Source of the DNA: Fonticula alba ATCC 38817
Lineage: Eukaryota; Protista; Nucleariida
Direction: 5' to 3' (one strand)
NCBI GenBank assembly: GCA_000388065.2
Contig: KB932212.1
DNA: 14,970 bases
Shown: in pieces, positions 10,201-14,970 of the stretch
How positions within the stretch are numbered: the stretch's first letter is position 1
How the letters are laid out: every line of letters begins with the position of its first letter
The notes under the pieces: generated by a model
Told to the model about the DNA's origin: nothing
The model's database searches: none
Seen by the model: only the letters and a program-made list of their open reading frames with translations
Position numbers and translations under genes: made by a program

Positions 10201-12765
10201 GTCGACCGAAATGTTGGCGATCTCCGGCGACCCGGGGCCCGACCCGGTGGAGACCCCATCGGCCGGGCTGCTGGTCGCGGGCCCGGGCGACGCGGTCGAA
10301 GAGATGTGCTCATCCCGGGCCCCGAGCCCGGCCGATAGGAGGACCATGTGCAGGGCGCGGGACTGCTGGGCCCGGTCATGGCGCAGCCCGGGCGCCAGGC
10401 CGAAGAGCCAGGCCCGGCGCAGGGAGTCCGGGTCCAGGGTCAGGCCCTCGGGCGCCTTGCGCGCGAAGGAGGACAGCACAAAGATGCGCATCTTCTCGCC
10501 CGCCATTCGGCCAGGTCAGCGAAGGCATTTGGGATGGGACAGGCCGCAGGGGGGGGGGGCCGCCGGGGGCCAGCGCAAAGCAGGCAGGGGAATAATGGAG
10601 AAGAGGGGAAGAGAGGCAGAGGGAGAGAGAGAGAGAGAGAGAGGGAGAGGGGGGCGGGGGGGGGGGGGACACGCACCTGATGTGAAATTTTGGACCACGG
10701 CAGCTGCCTGGCCACGGCGGTGATGCCCCCGAGGGCTTCCAGGCACCGGGTGATCGAGGCTAGCGGAGCTCGAATGAGCTCGGCCCGCACGGCGGCCAGC
10801 TCCTCGCGTGGCGCCCGCTGCTGCTGCAGGATGTTGGCCCTGTGCGGGAAGGGGGACCCGTGGTCAGTCGGCGCATGGCAGCTCGGGATGCGGTGAAGAG
10901 GGCCGAGAGGGCATGTCAGCGCACCGGTTCAGGCAATCCCGGTGGTAAAGGTAGCGGATCTCCCGGTTGACGTTGGACAGAAGCCGGTGTGAAAGGAGAC
11001 GAAAGACTACGAATGCAGGAGAGGGAGAGGGCGGGGAGGAGCAGGGTGATGCCAGAGGGACAAGCAACAGGATTAGGCGGAGAAGGCCGAGGCAAGAAGC
11101 AGAGGAGGAAGAGGAAGACGGGAAAGGCCAGGCAGGCACAGACACCGCCAAACAGAACACCGAGCACGCACTTCGGAGCGGCGGCAGAGAGGACACGCGC
11201 TTTGTCGACCGGTTGCCCAGGGCCTCGCCGGTGACTGCGTCGAAGAAGTAGTGGCTCAGAGCGAGGGAGGCCGTGGACAAGGGGCCGCCCGGGGAAGGAT
11301 CGGCCATTGGCACCAACTCCGGCGGCCAGGCCGGGCCCAGGACCACGCCCAGCTGGTCCAGGGAGCTAAGCGCCTCGACGGGGAAGGCGAAGCCCGGCTG
11401 GCCGGGTGGCACCGGAACCAGCACCGCCGCGCCTGACGGACCCCCAGGAGAAACCAGCCCATCGGAGCCGGCGCCAGCCCCTGTGCCAGGCGCCTGTGCC
11501 TTGAAGGCCGACATCTGCTGCTGGGCCTCGCGCACGATGAGGTCTATCGTTTGCAGGGCCTGCCGGGCGTAGGTCACGCGCTGGCGCAGTCGCGCCGACC
11601 GCCGGCGCAGGCACCCGGCCGACGCGCGCACCGTCTGCAGCCGGTCGCGCAGCGTCCGGGCCAGGGCCATATTCAGCACAAGAGCATCGGCCATGCGACT
11701 GCGAATGGCCGGGTCGACGTGGCGCGAGGGGATCCCCGCGTCCTCACCTGCCAGGGAGGCAAGACGTCAGCGCGAGCAGCTACAGCACCAGGAGCCAGGG
11801 GCGGGCGAAGGCCGGAAGAGGAAGGCAGACCAGGGCAACGCACCGTCGGAGACCGCCATCGGCGAGGAAGTGCCATCGTGCGCCATCGCCACGCCGTCGG
11901 ACTCGGAGCCAGAGCCGGAGGCATACTCCACGCCGTCGTCATGCTCCATGTCCTCCTCGTCGTACTCCTCCGGGCCATCATCCTCGGTGGCCTCGTCGGA
12001 GTCCTGGGCCGCGTCCAGACCCCCATCAGACAGATCCATCGCGTCGGAATCCACCCCCGGCGAGGAGTACCCCCCGGAGGCGGACCCCTCGTCATACTCC
12101 GAGGCGAGGGAGTCCGCCTCGTGGGCCTCGTCAAGCTGCTCGTCCGCGGGCGACCCATCATCGGGGGCGCTCTCCGGGCCGGAGTCCTCCTCCGGCCCCT
12201 CGGAGTGGCTGTCCTCGTAGTCGGCCTCCTCGTGGTCGCCATGCTGGCTGCTGGGGTGGCCATCGGCCGGGGTGCCGGCCTCCGAGCCGGCATAGCCGCT
12301 GCTGGGCTCGGCCAGGTCGACGCTCGCGCCGGAGTCCGGGAAGTCCGCCTCGGAGTCCGGGTTGGCCGGGCTCGGCACCATGCAAAAGGTGTCCATCAGG
12401 TACTGGTCGGCCACCGAGTGCTCGGTCAGGAAGAGGTCCGGGTGCGGGGGGGGGTCCAGGAGCGGGGGCTCCCGCGCGAAGGACAGCGAATGCCCCAGGA
12501 GAGCACCGGGCCCGGGCCCGGCAGGCGACACCGACGCCCGGTCGGAGATGCCGAGCCCGAACACCCCGGGCTCCTCGGCCACCGCGTGGAAGGGCTCCCC
12601 CTCGGCCGGCGGCAGGAGCAGCAGCGGCGGCCACACCGGCACAGGGTGCTCGCTGTCGGCGGCCGCCGTGACAATCAACGCCGCCGGGTCGCCCTCGGGC
12701 GAGGGGGGCGGCAGCGGGGAGGACTCCGCCCCCCCGGGGGGCAGGCCAAAGCCGGACCTATCCAT
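7277..12765 (-). CDS. SNAPC4: snRNA-activating protein complex subunit 4 (SNAP190)-like Myb protein, about 1614 aa (about 1622 aa if the alternative last exon 7180-7148 is used)
   Basis: Exons (minus strand): 12765-11844, 11747-11172, 11006-10925, 10839-10677, 10491(or 10494)-10043, 9929-7277, all in phase. Motifs occur in the order remembered for human SNAPC4: acidic N-terminus; ALVLNMALARTLRDRL (cf. CLQLNMVYQEVIQEKL); YFFDAVTGEALGN (cf. YFKDKVTGVGPPAN); EIRYLYHR (cf. KLEYLHQK); LPWSKISH...DSLRRAWLFGLAPGL (half repeat Rh); EEWLPRETYRLVQIARRLGGRGWVRIAAELGTGRPPLVCLRHF (cf. Ra, QEWSREEEERLQAIAAAHGHLEWQKIAEELGTSRSAFQCLQKF); then two further Myb-like repeats (WPEDWLALL..QWDSVA..SECRRQ and WGPAEDFRL). 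Confidence 0.82.
8051..8191 (-). repeat. Degenerate (TCN)47 trinucleotide tract encoding 47 consecutive serines in SNAPC4
   Basis: The plus strand reads gaggaggacgaagaa-type units. The minus strand has only TCC/TCT/TCG/TCA codons across 141 nt. Confidence 0.95.
10623..10643 (-). repeat. (CT)n microsatellite in SNAPC4 intron 4
   Basis: Plus strand (GA)10. Confidence 0.9.
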
Positions 12766-13537
12766 GTGCCAGGGGGAGGGGGGAGGGGGGGGGGGACGAG
12801 AAGGGGGGCGGAGAGGGAGAGAGAGAGAGGAGGAGCGAGGGGGAGTGGGGAAATGAAATGTCGAAGCAGGAGGCGGAAGAGGGGGGAGAAGAGGGGGGTG
12901 CCCTTGTCAGCTGGAGCCCTGCTGTGGGAGGCCACCGGCCGAAGTACCACCCCGGCTGCCCTCCCGCAGCCCGCTCGAGAGGAGCCGGCTGCGGCGGGGA
13001 TCAGCCCCCCGCGGACCACGGGCAGCCGCCCCTGGATGCGGGGCCGATCCCCGGAGGCAGGAGGGGCCCGAGGGAGGGGCGGGGCGATGGGGACGCCTGG
13101 CCGGCGGCAAGTGAAACGCTCACGCTGACCAGTCTGCCCACCCTTGGGCGCCCGCCCGCCGCCGGCCCGCCCGCCCGGCCGACGATCCCCCGGGAGCAGC
13201 CCGCGCGCCAGCCCACCCGGTGGACATGTGACTACCCATGGCCGCCGGGGCGCTCCCCCGGGGCTAGGCTTCCCACGGTTTGAATGGCCGCGGCCATCTG
13301 CCGGGGCGCGGATGCCGGCGTACGGGCGCCACCCGCGCACCTCGGCCCCTGGGGCTGGCTCGGGTTTCTTTTTTTTTCTCGCGGCCCTCGGCCGCGGGCG
13401 CGTGTGTCTGCCTCTTGTGGGGGTGTATTTTTCTTGTGGCCCAAGGCTCGCCGGGACGGGACGCGGGGGGAGGGAGGGCGGACATGCGCCGCACGGCAGC
13501 GCCCCCCGGTGCGGGGGCCCGCCCGGGCGCGGAGGGG

Positions 13538-14970
13538 CTACCTCGGTCGCCGGAGGGGGAAGGCGCGGCTCTCGCCGGCCACACGCCAATGCAGGCGCGA
13601 TACCCGCAGACCGGGGACATCGCTCTGCGCCGCGAACAGGGCCTCCTGCAACCGGGCGCGGAGGGGCTCGAGCGCCAGCATCACGGCCCCCGGCGAGGCG
13701 TCGATGCTGTCCGGCCAGGCCACCCGGCCGAGGGTGATGTGAAACAGCGGGGGCTGGATCGGGTGGGTGAGATGCCTGGCACGCGGCTCATTCGGCAGGT
13801 GGAAACGGCGGGGCCGGGGCCGCGGAGCCGGCAAACAACGCACCCGGTAGAAGGGCTTCTGGCCGAAGCGGGCAGCCAGACGGTCACTCTCGCGGATGAT
13901 GGCCGCCAGCTGGGGAGGAGGGGGGGGGAGAGCGGGAGGGAGAGGCATGCCGGGCGAGCGGATGGGAGGGACGGGCAGAGGGAGACGCATGCGAAGGGTG
14001 AGTGGGTCGGCAGGCGGGCAGATCCTGCGGATGGCACAAAGAGGCCAGGCGCCGGAGGGGAGGGCTCGAAAGGATGGCGATGGCGTACGGGCTGGGTCGA
14101 GGCGCCGGCCGACCCGGGCGGTGCTGGGCATGGCGCCAGGCGCACCGCCAGAAACATGTACCCGCCGGGGCCGGCGGCTGATCTCCCACTCGGCGGTTCG
14201 GCGGTCGCTGCCGCCGCCGTCGCTGCCGCCGCCGCCGCCGCATAATCCGCCTCGCGAGGCAGTAGCACGACACCCATCATGTCGACGTCGAATCTGCCGG
14301 AAGGACATGGTCAGCCGCCCGCACAGCGAGGCATCGGGGCCGGGGGTGGGGGAGGGAGACAAGGCACAAAGAGGGCACACGCACTCGGAAAGGCTGCGGG
14401 CCAGCAGCTCGATGGCTTGGGCCGCCGTGCGGTGCTGATCGTACGCCAGTGACCAGGGCCGCGAGAGGGACACATGGCGCTGCCCGGGCGGCGCCGGGTC
14501 GAAGGTGAGCTCGGCCAGGAGACCCACCGGCCCGGTGCTCGGGCCGGTGGCGGCCCCATGCGCAGACGCACAAGGCCGCCGGCCCTGGCCCGGCTGCCTG
14601 GCCGATGTGTCGGACGATCGCCCGGGGGCCTCCGGGGGGGATGGATTGTCCGGGCACCGGGCGCATGGGCCGGCGGCCGGATCCGCCGGCGGCCGGCTGC
14701 CGGCCAGTAGCTCGGCGAAGTGCGTGCACACGTCGTCCAGAAACCGGCCCGTCCGGCCGATGCAGTGTGCCGAGGCTCGAAAGTGGCAGAGAAAGGTGCC
14801 GCGAGCGGCGCCGGCGCCCGGCCCGGTCGGAGGCCCAGCCACAGGCGCCACGGGCTCGGCCGACTCGAAGAAGATGTACTCGCTGTCGGGGCCGGAAGCA
14901 GGGTCGGCCGCATGGCGGGGCCGCTTGGCCAGCGGCTCGGCCAGGCCCGGGTCCTCGCTGTCACTGCCGG
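13538..14970 (-). CDS. USB1: U6 snRNA phosphodiesterase USB1/Mpn1 (2H phosphoesterase, HVSL family), 5'-partial
   Basis: The frame is open from 14968. Exons: 14970-14385, 14293-14089, 13909-13844, 13753-13538 (TAG). Both 2H catalytic motifs are intact: HVSLSRPWSL (14476-14468 for HVS) and PLFHITLG (13741-13733 for HIT). YMFLAVRL, IIRESDRLAARFGQKPFY and C-terminal RVSRLHWRVAGESRAFPL parallel human USB1 (TFIGLEV, VSEVDRVMEEFNLTTFY..PSFHLSLAW, EQVRCKSGNKFFSMPL). A basic NLS-like AKRPRH lies near the N-terminal edge. Confidence 0.88.
   Translation of the reverse strand, partial: GSDSEDPGLAEPLAKRPRHAADPASGPDSEYIFFESAEPVAPVAGPPTGPGAGAARGTFLCHFRASAHCIGRTGRFLDDVCTHFAELLAGSRPPADPAAGPCARCPDNPSPPEAPGRSSDTSARQPGQGRRPCASAHGAATGPSTGPVGLLAELTFDPAPPGQRHVSLSRPWSLAYDQHRTAAQAIELLARSLSECVCPLCALSPSPTPGPDASLCGRLTMSFRQIRRRHDGCRATASRGGLCGGGGGSDGGGSDRRTAEWEISRRPRRVHVSGGAPGAMPSTARVGRRLDPARTPSPSFRALPSGAWPLCAIRRICPPADPLTLRMRLPLPVPPIRSPGMPLPPALPPPPPQLAAIIRESDRLAARFGQKPFYRVRCLPAPRPRPRRFHLPNEPRARHLTHPIQPPLFHITLGRVAWPDSIDASPGAVMLALEPLRARLQEALFAAQSDVPGLRVSRLHWRVAGESRAFPLRRPR

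Noticed and set aside
11551-13128. 525-aa plus-strand ORF
   Set aside because: Antisense to the acidic SNAPC4 exon 1, with Arg/Gly/Val-biased composition typical of a shadow ORF.
13284-13297. 14-bp perfect palindrome ATGGCCGCGGCCAT
   Set aside because: At roughly 70% GC, one or more palindromes of this length are expected by chance in 14 kb.
12766-13537. Possible Pol III/snRNA gene between USB1 and SNAPC4 (T9 run at 13369-13377 and GGTTTGAAT B-box-like at about 13277-13285 on the plus strand)
   Set aside because: I saw no U6 ACAGAGA box, U1 5' end, Sm site, tRNA cloverleaf or SRP/RNase P motif. The T-run is better explained as the USB1 3' A-rich element. An Infernal/Rfam scan would settle it.
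1403-13843. Six in-frame, stop-free (3n) introns: 1403-1549, 2702-2827, 3646-3771, 6562-6672, 11007-11171, 13754-13843
   Set aside because: Seven of 20 measurable introns are 3n, matching the 1/3 expectation, and stops are rare at this GC content. They explain misleading ORF read-through but are not evidence of regulated retention.
1-14970. CRISPR array, transposon, or prokaryotic operon/defence system
   Set aside because: No regularly spaced repeats, transposase/RT motifs or terminal inverted repeats were seen. All genes are spliceosomal-intron-containing eukaryotic genes.

Overview
GC-rich, intron-containing eukaryotic genomic DNA, probably from a protist or alga (the organism cannot be identified from this window). 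It has two N gaps and four compactly arranged spliced genes: (1) a 5'-incomplete minus-strand GPR180/TMEM145-type seven-TM protein with a very long His-rich tail (74-3866); (2) a complete 7-exon Derlin on the plus strand (5577-7002); (3) a roughly 1,600-aa minus-strand gene that splices together several ORF-track fragments and matches SNAPc subunit 4 (SNAP190; 7277-12765); (4) a 5'-incomplete USB1 U6-snRNA 2H phosphodiesterase (13538-14970). All family calls are by-eye motif comparisons with remembered family sequences, not database searches. I see no prokaryotic, CRISPR or mobile-element system. The most notable signals are an invariant GTRCGY (+4C) 5' splice site in all 21 frame-validated introns, and two U6 snRNA biogenesis genes (SNAPC4, USB1) lying in tandem.
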